Source: Spirochaetes bacterium ADurb.Bin218 (lineage in GTDB: Bacteria > Spirochaetota > UBA4802 > UBA5550). Taken from it: DNA of 64,000 nucleotides. The notes under the pieces were generated by a model. The model saw only the letters and a program-made list of their open reading frames with translations. It made no database searches and was not told where the DNA came from. The stretch spans positions 873 through 64,872 of the forward strand of contig MWCI01000007.1 of NCBI GenBank assembly GCA_002069965.1, given 5' to 3'. This document shows positions 1 through 8,912 of the stretch, in pieces; within the stretch, counting starts at the first letter, position 1; each line of letters opens with the position of its first letter. Both the position numbers and the translations under genes were made by a program.

Positions 1-146
1 ACCATTGTAAAATAAATAGTTCCAAAAAAAATCTTTACATAAAAAATAGTTGTTCTCAAAGTGACTTGTTATTTAATTATAATTTAAAAAAGGCAAGGAC
101 TTTAAGAAAGTAATAAAAATTTCATTAATTAACTCAAAAGGTAGAC

Positions 147-1235
147 ATGGGAAAAGTATCAATAATAGTGCCCACATTTAAAGAAGCAGAGAATATTCCG
201 GAGCTAACAAGGCAAATCGATGTGGCTTTGAAAAAAACAAAATATAAATATGAGATCATAATAGTTGATGATAATTCTCAGGATGGGATAGACCAGAAAG
301 TTAAAGAACTGGAAAAAAACTATCCTGTAAAATTAAAAATACGACTTAATGAAAAGGGACTCTCCTCTGCTGTTATTGCTGGATTTGAGCTTGCCTCAGG
401 GGAAATCTTCCTTGTAATGGATGCAGATTTGAGTCATCCACCAGAGAAAATCCCGGAAATGCTGGACAAAATATCAAAAGAAAATTTTGACTTTGTAATA
501 GGCAGCAGATTTGTAAAAGGAGGCTCTGCCGAACACTTTAACATATTCCGCACCTTAAATGCTCTTGTTTCAAGGATGATAGCCCGCCCTTTTACTTCTG
601 TGAAGGATCCAATGGCTGGATTTTTTGCATTTAAAAGCTCACTTCTTGAACAAAAGGTTAAACTAAACCCTCTTGGCTTTAAAATTGGCCTTGAGTTACT
701 TGTGAAGCTCAACCCCAGAAGAGTCACAGAGATCCCGATTCAATTTCAGGAAAGGCTCTATGGCAAAAGCAAGCTTACGCTAAAACAACAGATTCTCTAT
801 CTCATACATATATGGAGGCTCTTTAGATTCAAATTCAGGACTTTAAGTGAATTTATTGTCTTTTCTCTCATTGGTGCCTCAGGCATGGTTGTTGACCTTA
901 GCTTTGTCTTTATATCATACGATATACTTAACCTAAACTTCCGTGTAGCAAGAGTTATAGGCTTTGTCTTTGCCTTAACATCAAACTTTATGCTAAACAG
1001 AAAATTCAATTTCCCAAAAAATGGTCATGGGATAATAAAGCAATATATACGTTTCTTCATAGTTAGCCTTACTGGCTTTGCTGTAAACTGGACAATCTCT
1101 GTTTACCTATATGAGACAAGACCATTCTTTAACAAATACTATCTGCTGGCTGCATTTCTTGGAATACTTGGAGGGTTATCTGTAAACTTTCTTGGATCAA
1201 AATTTTATGTATTTAAACAGGTAAAAGAAAAGTGA
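147..1235 (+). CDS. Family-2 glycosyltransferase (polyprenol-phosphate hexosyltransferase type) fused to a GtrA-like membrane domain
   Basis: N-terminal SIIVPTFKEAENI..IIIVDDNSQDG and VMDADLSHPP are GT2 signatures. The C-terminal third is hydrophobic and GtrA-like. AAAGGTAG lies upstream of the ATG. Confidence 0.85.
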   Translation: MGKVSIIVPTFKEAENIPELTRQIDVALKKTKYKYEIIIVDDNSQDGIDQKVKELEKNYPVKLKIRLNEKGLSSAVIAGFELASGEIFLVMDADLSHPPEKIPEMLDKISKENFDFVIGSRFVKGGSAEHFNIFRTLNALVSRMIARPFTSVKDPMAGFFAFKSSLLEQKVKLNPLGFKIGLELLVKLNPRRVTEIPIQFQERLYGKSKLTLKQQILYLIHIWRLFRFKFRTLSEFIVFSLIGASGMVVDLSFVFISYDILNLNFRVARVIGFVFALTSNFMLNRKFNFPKNGHGIIKQYIRFFIVSLTGFAVNWTISVYLYETRPFFNKYYLLAAFLGILGGLSVNFLGSKFYVFKQVKEK

Positions 1236-1243
1236 GGTAGCTT

Positions 1244-1447
1244 ATGGAATGCAAAAAAGAAAAAAACTTAGAAAAATGCAATTGCACCTATGATCCCTGC
1301 TCAAGAAAAGGCATCTGCTGTGAGTGCCTTCACTATCACAGAAAGTCAAGGCAACTTCCTGCATGTTTTTTTGACTCATCTTCAGAAAAAACCTATGACA
1401 GATCCTATGAGCACTTTGCAAAACTGGTCAAGGAAGGAAGAGTATAA
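1244..1447 (+). CDS. Small Cys-rich cytosolic protein (DUF6485-like, tentative)
   Basis: 67 aa with eight Cys (CNCTYDPCSRKGICCEC..LPAC). GAGGTAG Shine-Dalgarno lies 6 nt upstream, and the gene is tightly packed after the GT2 gene. Confidence 0.6.
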   Translation: MECKKEKNLEKCNCTYDPCSRKGICCECLHYHRKSRQLPACFFDSSSEKTYDRSYEHFAKLVKEGRV

Positions 1448-1453
1448 TTTATC

Positions 1454-2638
1454 TCAGTTGCTGAAAATTACAGCAACTGGAATGCCTCCATGTTTAAAGG
1501 GAATCTTTCTCTTATAGGGAAGAGCAAGAGCTTTTTCTGCCTCTTCACCTGGTGCGATTATGGCATAATTGCACTTTCTAAAATCTCTTCTTATTTTGCT
1601 TCCAATCTCTTTATAAAGCTTATTTGTATCAGATGCCTTAATCCTCTTCCCATAAGGTGGATTTAAAACAATGAGACTCTTCCCCTTAGGAAGAATGCTT
1701 TCTTTTAAAGAAAAAAAATCATCCACATCTGGCTTGATAAAATCTCTTAAGTGAGAAGGAACGTTTTTGCAAGCAATAGCCACTGCCTCCCTGTCAATGT
1801 CTGAAGTAATAATCGCCTTTCCTGTTTTCTCAGGAGCTATAACCTCCTTTAAAATCTCAGACTTAACATAGTTAAAATTCCTTTCTTTAAAAGATGGCCA
1901 GAGTCTAAAGGGAAAAGCTCTATCTATGTTAGGGGGAGTTTTCGTCCAGATTAAGGCTGCCTCAATGCTAAAGGTTCCTGAACCACACATTGGATCAAGC
2001 AAAACATCATAATCATTTAAATTAGCCTCCAGCAAAATTAAAGATGCAAGAGTTTCCCGCAGCGAAGCCTTCCCGGCATAGATCTTTATACCTCTTTTGT
2101 AAAGAAACTCACCAGAGGCATCAATGCTTACTGTTGCTATATTTTTATAATTCCGCACAAGGAGTGTTAGCGATGAGGTATAATCCCCATCAAAAAATAA
2201 AAGATCCTCTCCAAGTCTTTCTTTTATGTTTTTTTGAAAAATCTCCTTTAGTTTGCCTGTGTGATAAATCATAGAATTGGATGAGCTTATAGAAAAATCA
2301 ATTGGCGTATCTTTGGTTATATAAAGCTCCCATGGGAAATTTCTTATATTCCTTTCCAATTCAAAATAGTTGTGAGACTTAAACTCTGCAATGCGCATTA
2401 TAATCCTGGAAGCTGTGCGGCTTAACATACATGCCCTATAACAGGATGAAAGATCTCCTGTAAACTCAACACCTCCCTCTATATAATCTGGAGAAACAGA
2501 AAGGCCAAAGGAGCTAAGCTCTCTGCTAAGTGTTTGCTCAAAGCCTGGCTGCACAGAGGCAAAAAATTTATGCTCCAGAGCAATAACATGCTGTTTGATT
2601 CTTCTCTTGAGCCCCTTATCTGTTATTCTGTCAAACAT
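1454..2638 (-). CDS. THUMP-domain class I SAM-dependent RNA methyltransferase (RlmL/UPF0020-like)
   Basis: LDPMCGSGTFSIEAA is the SAM-binding motif I and VLNPPYG is the N-methyltransferase motif IV. The N-terminal half is THUMP-like. Confidence 0.8.
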   Translation of the reverse strand: MFDRITDKGLKRRIKQHVIALEHKFFASVQPGFEQTLSRELSSFGLSVSPDYIEGGVEFTGDLSSCYRACMLSRTASRIIMRIAEFKSHNYFELERNIRNFPWELYITKDTPIDFSISSSNSMIYHTGKLKEIFQKNIKERLGEDLLFFDGDYTSSLTLLVRNYKNIATVSIDASGEFLYKRGIKIYAGKASLRETLASLILLEANLNDYDVLLDPMCGSGTFSIEAALIWTKTPPNIDRAFPFRLWPSFKERNFNYVKSEILKEVIAPEKTGKAIITSDIDREAVAIACKNVPSHLRDFIKPDVDDFFSLKESILPKGKSLIVLNPPYGKRIKASDTNKLYKEIGSKIRRDFRKCNYAIIAPGEEAEKALALPYKRKIPFKHGGIPVAVIFSN

Positions 2639-3781
2639 TTAGATTTTCCTTTCCAGCAAAGCAAGAGTCTCTATGTGTGGAGTCTGAGGAAACATGTCAT
2701 AGGCAGCAAAGTGTGTAATTTTATAATTTTCTAATGCATGAAGATCATCCCGAAAGGTTGAGGGATTGCAGGACATGTAAATAATTCTCTCCGGCCTTAA
2801 TTCCTCAATGCGACCAATTACCTTAGGGTGCATCCCACTTCGTGGCGGATCCACTATCACTGTATCATACTCTCCCTTATGTTCTTTAATAAATTCCATG
2901 GCATCAGTGCAAATAAATTCTACATTGTCTATGGAATTATTTTCTCTGTTTTCCTCTGCTATAGCAACAGACTCCTGGGAGATCTCTACACCTGTGACGC
3001 TATCTGCTGCCTTTGCAACAAAAAGCGATATGCTACCAACTCCTGAATACAAATCAAGAGTCCTGCCTTTTACATAGGAAAGAATTTCACGATACATCTT
3101 TAGAGCTATCTCTGAGTTTGACTGAAAAAAAGAATTTGGCGTGATCATATATTCTATTTCATCAAAGGACTCTGTGATAAATCCTTTTTTGATAGTTTTA
3201 AAAAGAGGTGCAATGCTTAAATCTCCAAGACCACTGTTTAATAGTATTGAGCAGGAGTCCAGTTCATCCAAAATATCCATCAAGGCAAAACCAAACCTAT
3301 CCTCTGGTGATGCAACAACGAAATTAGCCATAACCTCACCTGTAAATCTGGCCTGACGCAAAATAATATAACGCAAATATCCCTCATGTGTCAGATAATT
3401 ATAATCTTCAATTTTTGAAAGTGCAAGGCGCAGCTTTCCATAAACCTCACTGGACTTTCCCTGCATAAGTGGACAGCTTTCAATATCCACAACATGTCTG
3501 TAAGTCCCGCTTCTCCTTAAACCCTTTTTGCCAAAGGCAGTAACCATATCCATCCTATTGCGATACATAAAAGGAACTGAAGGCACAATTGAATTTACCT
3601 CTATAAGTCCCTCTAAGATTATATTTAAATACTCAACTTTTAGCTTAAGCTGGTTTTCATAAGGAACATTCTGGAACAAGCAACCACCACAGTCTCCAAA
3701 ATACCTGCAAAAGGGAACTGCCCCTTCTCCTTTATATTTTTCTATGAGTTCATTAAAAAACTTTCTCTTCTTTTTCTTCAT
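2639..3781 (-). CDS. RNA (uracil-C5)-methyltransferase, RumA/RlmD/TrmA family, with N-terminal Fe-S cysteine cluster
   Basis: CRYFGDCGGCLFQ and a later C form the 4Fe-4S pattern of RumA. DLYSGVGSISL is the SAM motif, and VDPPRSG and YMSCNP are present. Its stop abuts the start of the downstream methyltransferase. Confidence 0.85.
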   Translation of the reverse strand: MKKKKRKFFNELIEKYKGEGAVPFCRYFGDCGGCLFQNVPYENQLKLKVEYLNIILEGLIEVNSIVPSVPFMYRNRMDMVTAFGKKGLRRSGTYRHVVDIESCPLMQGKSSEVYGKLRLALSKIEDYNYLTHEGYLRYIILRQARFTGEVMANFVVASPEDRFGFALMDILDELDSCSILLNSGLGDLSIAPLFKTIKKGFITESFDEIEYMITPNSFFQSNSEIALKMYREILSYVKGRTLDLYSGVGSISLFVAKAADSVTGVEISQESVAIAEENRENNSIDNVEFICTDAMEFIKEHKGEYDTVIVDPPRSGMHPKVIGRIEELRPERIIYMSCNPSTFRDDLHALENYKITHFAAYDMFPQTPHIETLALLERKI

Positions 3782-4009
3782 CTACATCTCCAGAAAAAAT
3801 TTTCCTTATAAAAACAAAAAAGACCTGTTACACTAAATTCAGGCCACGGGCTTTTTTGTCACTTATTTTTTATTTATACTTTAAAAACAGTAACTCTCAT
3901 TACCCCACATCAAAATCATAACAATTATCACTATAATTGACAAAGCTTTCAGAATGTGAGAGATCAACACCTACATTAAGTTTATAATTTGAATCAGAGG
4001 AGAATACTT

Positions 4010-4283
4010 ATTAAAGGCCACCAGCAATATACATGCCAAATCTATTAGCTTTATCAGGATTGACTTTTGTGTTTATACGATTATGAGTCATATATATAAA
4101 AAACCAGGATGATTCTCATATTTGCTTCTATTGTTAAATATAAAACTTTCTATACCCGAAGGCTTTACAGAAACATCAAGAATCTGCTCTTGAAATTCAT
4201 AGTCATAGTCAACATAGGAAATAGTGCCTATAAAATGATTATAGGCAAGTGGTGAATAGCCCTGGCTTGATAAGAAATAACAA
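4010..4283 (-). pseudogene. Possible decayed gene remnant (two short frame-shifted, start-less coding fragments)
   Basis: The minus strand reads ..YSPLAYNHFIGTISYVDYDYEFQEQILDVSVKPSGIESFIFNNRSKYENHPGFLYI* with no start codon. A second frame gives MTHNRINTKVNPDKANRFGMYIAGGL*. No intact ORF of 60 aa or more exists anywhere in 3782-4345. Confidence 0.3.
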
Positions 4284-4285
4284 CA

Positions 4286-4310
4286 AGAGGCCTACATCCA
4301 GTAGACCTCT
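4286..4310 (-). terminator. Hairpin terminator candidate downstream of the XRE regulator gene
   Basis: AGAGGCCTAC-ATCCA-GTAGACCTCT gives 9 of 10 bp paired. It lies 36 nt after the stop at 4346 and is followed on the minus strand by TGTTGTTATTTC. Confidence 0.5.
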
Positions 4311-4345
4311 CTTTTAAATATATTAAATTCAAAATACTTTTTAGA

Positions 4346-4774
4346 TCAGTTCAAAAGCTTATTGATCATCTTAATTACAACTTCTATATCTTCCTGTGAA
4401 CCCTTATCAAGAAGCTTTTTGAAAGTAACAAGCTCTTGTCCATAATTCTTTTCATTTGCAGTAACAAACTTGTCTCCAATTCCATATAACAGCCAATCCA
4501 GTGATATTTTATGTTTTATGGAAATACTCCTCAGGAACTTAAATGAAGGATTCTGAGAGCCGCATTCCACTTTAGCAACATATCTTCTGTCTATACCAGC
4601 AGATTCGCCAAATTCCCTCTGAGTTATTTTGAGTTCCTTTCTTACTTCTTTAAGCCTTATTCTGATTTGCTTAAAAAACTCCTGCTCTTTTTCATCATCA
4701 AGAACATCCTCACTGAGGAACTCATGATCATTATACCTTTCTCTGTACTTGCTTTGGTTACCAGTTGTATTCAT
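4346..4774 (-). CDS. XRE-family helix-turn-helix transcriptional regulator
   Basis: LKITQREFGESAGIDRRYVAKVECGSQNPSFKFL is a typical Cro/C1 HTH. AAAGAGGGAAT lies upstream of the ATG. Confidence 0.8.
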   Translation of the reverse strand: MNTTGNQSKYRERYNDHEFLSEDVLDDEKEQEFFKQIRIRLKEVRKELKITQREFGESAGIDRRYVAKVECGSQNPSFKFLRSISIKHKISLDWLLYGIGDKFVTANEKNYGQELVTFKKLLDKGSQEDIEVVIKMINKLLN

Positions 4775-5134
4775 ATTCCCTCTTTATTTATTAAAAATAT
4801 TTTTTAGACCCAACTGTTTAAACACTATAAAAACATGCTTATTTTTTTGCAATAAAAATACTATTTTTTAGAGTGAAAAAATTTTAAAAAACTCACAAAA
4901 GCGTTACATTTTATAGAAACATCTTTTATATTTTAATTTATTTATAAAAATTATAAAACTTGATAAACTTTAAAACATCAAAAATCCCTCAGTATACTTA
5001 AAAGATCCGAGTCATACTTAAGTGAAAAAAATTAATGAATGAAAAATGATTAAAAATACAGATTAACAAAAAATAATCCCTCTTGACATCTAAATATTTT
5101 TTTTAAAGCTGTTTAAAAAACAAGAGAGGAAAAT

Positions 5135-6865
5135 GTGCCACATAGCAATAAATCCTACGGATGGACAGGCAAAATACTTCTCATAGATCTATGCACTCAA
5201 AAATATGAAGTAATAAGGCCTGAGGAAAATATATATAAAAGCTTCTTAGGTGGAAGAGGACTTTGCTCTTACTATATGAGAGAAATAAAAAATCTTATGC
5301 CCAGTGAAATTCCACTTCTATTCTTCCCAGGAGCTTTAACAGGAACAAAAATTCCCTTTGCAGTAAAAACAATTATATCGTCAATATCTCCACTTACAAA
5401 GACTTTCTTTACATCTGCAGTTGGAGGCTTCTTTGGATGGCACCTAAAAAAAGCTGGATGGGATGGGATTATTATAACAGGAAAATCGCAAAATCAAATT
5501 GGGCTGACGGTAAAAGATGAAAATGTATCCTTTTTTGACTGCAATGATTTAAAAAATAAAAAGGCCTCTGATATATTCCATAAGCTTAAACCAGAGGGTA
5601 GCGCAGCAATTACCTCCATTGCTGCTGATAATGGAGTGGCTTTTTCAAATATAATTATAGACAAATATTTTTTTGCAGGCAGAGGAGGCCTTGGCCTTGT
5701 TATGGCGAACAAGGGGCTTAAGGCAATAGAGGTTTATGGCAGTTGCGATATTGCAGTTCATGACAGCGAAAATCTAAGCAAAGGCATAGAGGATTCCATG
5801 CGACTTGTCTCTGCATCCCCTTCTCTTATGGGTGAGTTGGGCTTTACAGAGTTTGGGACCTCTGCCCTATATGATCTCATTTTTTCACGAAATATCATGC
5901 CTGCAAAAAATTTTGCAAGCAGAAGTTTTCCTGATGCAGAACATCTCAACGCCTGGAATTTTAAAAATAAATATCCATGGGAAAAGACAGGTTGCCCAAA
6001 CTGCCCTATCTTATGTAAAAGAATAAGCTCCGAGGGATTACTCCCTGAATACAACTCAATGGCACATTTCTCATCTCTTATTGATAACAGGGATATTGAT
6101 ATTGTTATGGAGGCAAACAGACTCTGCAATGAAACAGGAATGGATACAATCTCTGCAGCCTCTGCAATTGCCTGTTACAGGGAACTAAAAGACAAAGACC
6201 ATAGCATCGATATTATTCAACTGCTTAAAGAAATTGCCTTTGCCTCAGGGGAAGGAAAACTGTTGATTAAAGGCTCAAGTGAATTTTCAAAAAAATTATC
6301 TTCTCCAGAATCATCAATGAATGTCAAAGGCCTTGACTTACCAGCCTTTGATCCCCGTGGTGCCTACGGCTTTAGCCTTGCCTATGCAACATCAACAAGG
6401 GGTGGCTGTTATCTTCAGGCATATCCCCTTTCTCACGAGATATTGCGCAAGCCCATTGCAACTGACAGATTTTCCTTTGAGGGTAAAGCAAGGATTACCA
6501 AACTAAACGAAGATATGAATGCAGCAATGGACTCCCTTGGGCTGTGTAGATTTTCTGTAAATGCCTTTGGACTTGAGGAGTGTGCAAAGCTTTTGAATGC
6601 TGTTACAGGAGAAGACTTTACTGCTGGGGATCTCATGAATTGTGGTGAAAGGATTTTTTATAATGAAAGAATTATAAACTATACTCTGGGATTTGATTCA
6701 AAGGATGATGATTTGCCAGAGAGATTTTTTGAATCAGAAAATGCTATCAACAGAGATGACTTCCTTAAAGCAAGAGCCAATTACTATCTAATAAGAGGAC
6801 TTTCACCAGAGGGAAAGCCTTTAGAAACAAAAACCAGGGAGCTTAAATTAAAATGGCTGGAGTAA
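5135..6865 (+). CDS. Aldehyde:ferredoxin oxidoreductase family (tungsten/molybdenum pterin enzyme)
   Basis: The N-terminus GWTGKILLIDL matches the family. GCPNCPILC gives Cx2Cx3C ligands for the 4Fe-4S cluster, and DSLGLCRF is the family motif with the fourth Cys. The start is GTG, preceded by AGAGAGGAAAA. Confidence 0.85.
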   Translation: MPHSNKSYGWTGKILLIDLCTQKYEVIRPEENIYKSFLGGRGLCSYYMREIKNLMPSEIPLLFFPGALTGTKIPFAVKTIISSISPLTKTFFTSAVGGFFGWHLKKAGWDGIIITGKSQNQIGLTVKDENVSFFDCNDLKNKKASDIFHKLKPEGSAAITSIAADNGVAFSNIIIDKYFFAGRGGLGLVMANKGLKAIEVYGSCDIAVHDSENLSKGIEDSMRLVSASPSLMGELGFTEFGTSALYDLIFSRNIMPAKNFASRSFPDAEHLNAWNFKNKYPWEKTGCPNCPILCKRISSEGLLPEYNSMAHFSSLIDNRDIDIVMEANRLCNETGMDTISAASAIACYRELKDKDHSIDIIQLLKEIAFASGEGKLLIKGSSEFSKKLSSPESSMNVKGLDLPAFDPRGAYGFSLAYATSTRGGCYLQAYPLSHEILRKPIATDRFSFEGKARITKLNEDMNAAMDSLGLCRFSVNAFGLEECAKLLNAVTGEDFTAGDLMNCGERIFYNERIINYTLGFDSKDDDLPERFFESENAINRDDFLKARANYYLIRGLSPEGKPLETKTRELKLKWLE

Positions 6866-8016
6866 AAGAAAAATACCTCCAAAAGCTTATATCACAGAGG
6901 CTTTGCAATAGCACAGATCCCCTTGTGGGATTTTTAGATGCAGATCTTCAGTGGAACCGAGAATCCGATAAAACAGAAATACTCTCTCAGGTGGTTAACT
7001 CCCTTGGCGTATCAGCTATAATATATTCAATTCCTCGTGAGCCATATAAATCTATGATAAAATATCTGGCCAGCTATGAAGAAAAAGATTTCCTTAAACC
7101 TGAAGATACAGAAACAAGAACATTTCTTCACGACATCCCCATAGCACAAAATCTCAATGTTGGAGAGCTAACACAAAAGCTCAAGAAAAGAAAGGGTCTT
7201 GTGCTAAAAGACGGTTCTGTCATTGCTCAGGGTGCAATAGGTGTTGAACAGGCCTTTGTTACATTCAGTTCAATCTGCTTTAGCCTTTTTGTAAAATTCA
7301 TGTGCGATTTTTATTATCACAGAAAAAATCTCATGAAAATGGAGGGCGAGGTAGAGGAAATTGCCAAAAAAGCCATAAAATGCTATGAAGACCATCTACT
7401 ACCTTTTGACAAAATGCCACAGAGTCCATATCCCTTTGAAAAAGAAGATGATGCTATTGCTGCAATTATTGAGGCAGGTTCCCTCACTGTTGAATCAGGC
7501 CTTGTTGACTCATTCTTTGGGAATATATCATGCCTCTTTGAAAATACAATATATATAAGCCAAACAGGGAGTTCCCTTGATGAGCTTGAAGGCTATATTG
7601 ATCCATGCCCCATTGACAATAGCAAAACCAATGCAATAACAGCATCCAGTGAATTCTCTACACACAGGGCCATATACCTTAAAAAAAAATTTAATGCAAT
7701 ACTACATGGACATCCAAAATTCAGCGTCATCTACTCAATGCTCTGTGATAAAATTAACTGCCCCAATAGAGGTAAATGTCACATATCCTGCTCAGATAGA
7801 AGATTCATGAAAGATGTCCCAATTGTTACAGGAGAGGTTGGCAGAGGGAAAAACACACTACTGCAAACTGTCCCAGAATATATCTCTGGTAGAGGTGTTA
7901 TAGTTTTTGGTCATGGAGTATTTACAGCAGGAGGCTCCGGATTTTATGAAATTTTCCGAAACCTCCTTGAAATAGAAAAAGAAGCTCTTTGGGCATACAA
8001 AGATCTTGTTTTTTAG
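6853..8016 (+). CDS. Class II aldolase/adducin-domain protein with an extra N-terminal lobe
   Basis: The C-terminal half carries ASSEFSTHRAIY..ILHGHPKFSV..VFGHGVFTAGG, the Ser-Glu and His metal-site pattern of FucA/AraD/MtnB-type enzymes. The ATG lies 13 nt inside the 3' end of the AOR gene. Confidence 0.65.
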   Translation: MAGVKEKYLQKLISQRLCNSTDPLVGFLDADLQWNRESDKTEILSQVVNSLGVSAIIYSIPREPYKSMIKYLASYEEKDFLKPEDTETRTFLHDIPIAQNLNVGELTQKLKKRKGLVLKDGSVIAQGAIGVEQAFVTFSSICFSLFVKFMCDFYYHRKNLMKMEGEVEEIAKKAIKCYEDHLLPFDKMPQSPYPFEKEDDAIAAIIEAGSLTVESGLVDSFFGNISCLFENTIYISQTGSSLDELEGYIDPCPIDNSKTNAITASSEFSTHRAIYLKKKFNAILHGHPKFSVIYSMLCDKINCPNRGKCHISCSDRRFMKDVPIVTGEVGRGKNTLLQTVPEYISGRGVIVFGHGVFTAGGSGFYEIFRNLLEIEKEALWAYKDLVF

Positions 8017-8912
8017 ATATAAGAAAAAAGTCCCTTTTTCACAACCGCCTTTCCTTTTGAAGAAAAGACATTAAAGCTAACCTCCTTTCTTCCATTTCTA
8101 AAAAAGCGCCTGCCCTTGAGAGTTAAGGTATCCCCAGGAATAACAGGATAGGCAAATCTTCCAGAAACACTACTGAGTCTTTTAATCTCCCTTTGAGCAA
8201 GATTATCTATCAGAGAATTTGTGCACATGGCAATTACACATACTCCATGTAAAATAGTTCCTGGCAAACCTGCAAGCCTTGCAAAAAGCCTGCTTGTATG
8301 TATTGGATTGGTATCATTTGAAACCTTCGCGTATCTCTTCTCCTGACCTGCTTCTGTCTTTATCAATATCTTAATTTCATCATCATCGCCAGTTATAAAA
8401 CTATACTCCTCTGAATTCTTATTACCCACATCATCACTATCAATATGCCTTTTTCTTCTCACAACAAAACCTGTGTCTCCCTCAATAACCAATTCTCCCT
8501 CCTTATATGCCCTTGTCACTATTCTAAGAATTTCACCTGCGGAGGTATCAGTAATATCCTCAATCCTCATCTCTACATCAATAACATCATCCCTTTCAAT
8601 AAGATCATAACAATTCAGGCCCTGATATCCATGAACCATTCGAATTAAATCTACCCCCAGATCCCTGTGGGTTATAATCTTCTTAAACATGGGATATAAC
8701 TCCTTTGAAAAAAAGAAGGGAGGCGCAGGAGACAATTTTCCATGATACTTCGATATATCATCAAGAGTAGCATAAACATAGTCATCAATTTCCTTTTGCG
8801 TAAATGGCCCAAACCTTTGCTTTAAAGTATAACCAATCATTGCTCTATTCATGAATGTGGAGTTTCTATTGCGCATCATAGCAGCAAAGACTGGTATATT
8901 GTTGAATATCAT
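8013..8912 (-). CDS. MaoC-like (R)-specific enoyl-CoA hydratase, double hot-dog
   Basis: YAKVSNDTNPIHTSRLFARLAGLPGTILHGV is the hydratase-2 motif region. The ATGA start/stop overlap links it to the upstream ligase gene. Confidence 0.8.
   Translation of the reverse strand: MIFNNIPVFAAMMRNRNSTFMNRAMIGYTLKQRFGPFTQKEIDDYVYATLDDISKYHGKLSPAPPFFFSKELYPMFKKIITHRDLGVDLIRMVHGYQGLNCYDLIERDDVIDVEMRIEDITDTSAGEILRIVTRAYKEGELVIEGDTGFVVRRKRHIDSDDVGNKNSEEYSFITGDDDEIKILIKTEAGQEKRYAKVSNDTNPIHTSRLFARLAGLPGTILHGVCVIAMCTNSLIDNLAQREIKRLSSVSGRFAYPVIPGDTLTLKGRRFFRNGRKEVSFNVFSSKGKAVVKKGLFSYI

Noticed and set aside
3828-3837. A third copy of TTACACTAAA, as in elements B and C.
   Set aside because: The flanking sequence shows no similarity to elements B and C: no matching hairpin and no ACTGA block. 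I treat it as coincidence, although the expected frequency of this 10-mer is low.
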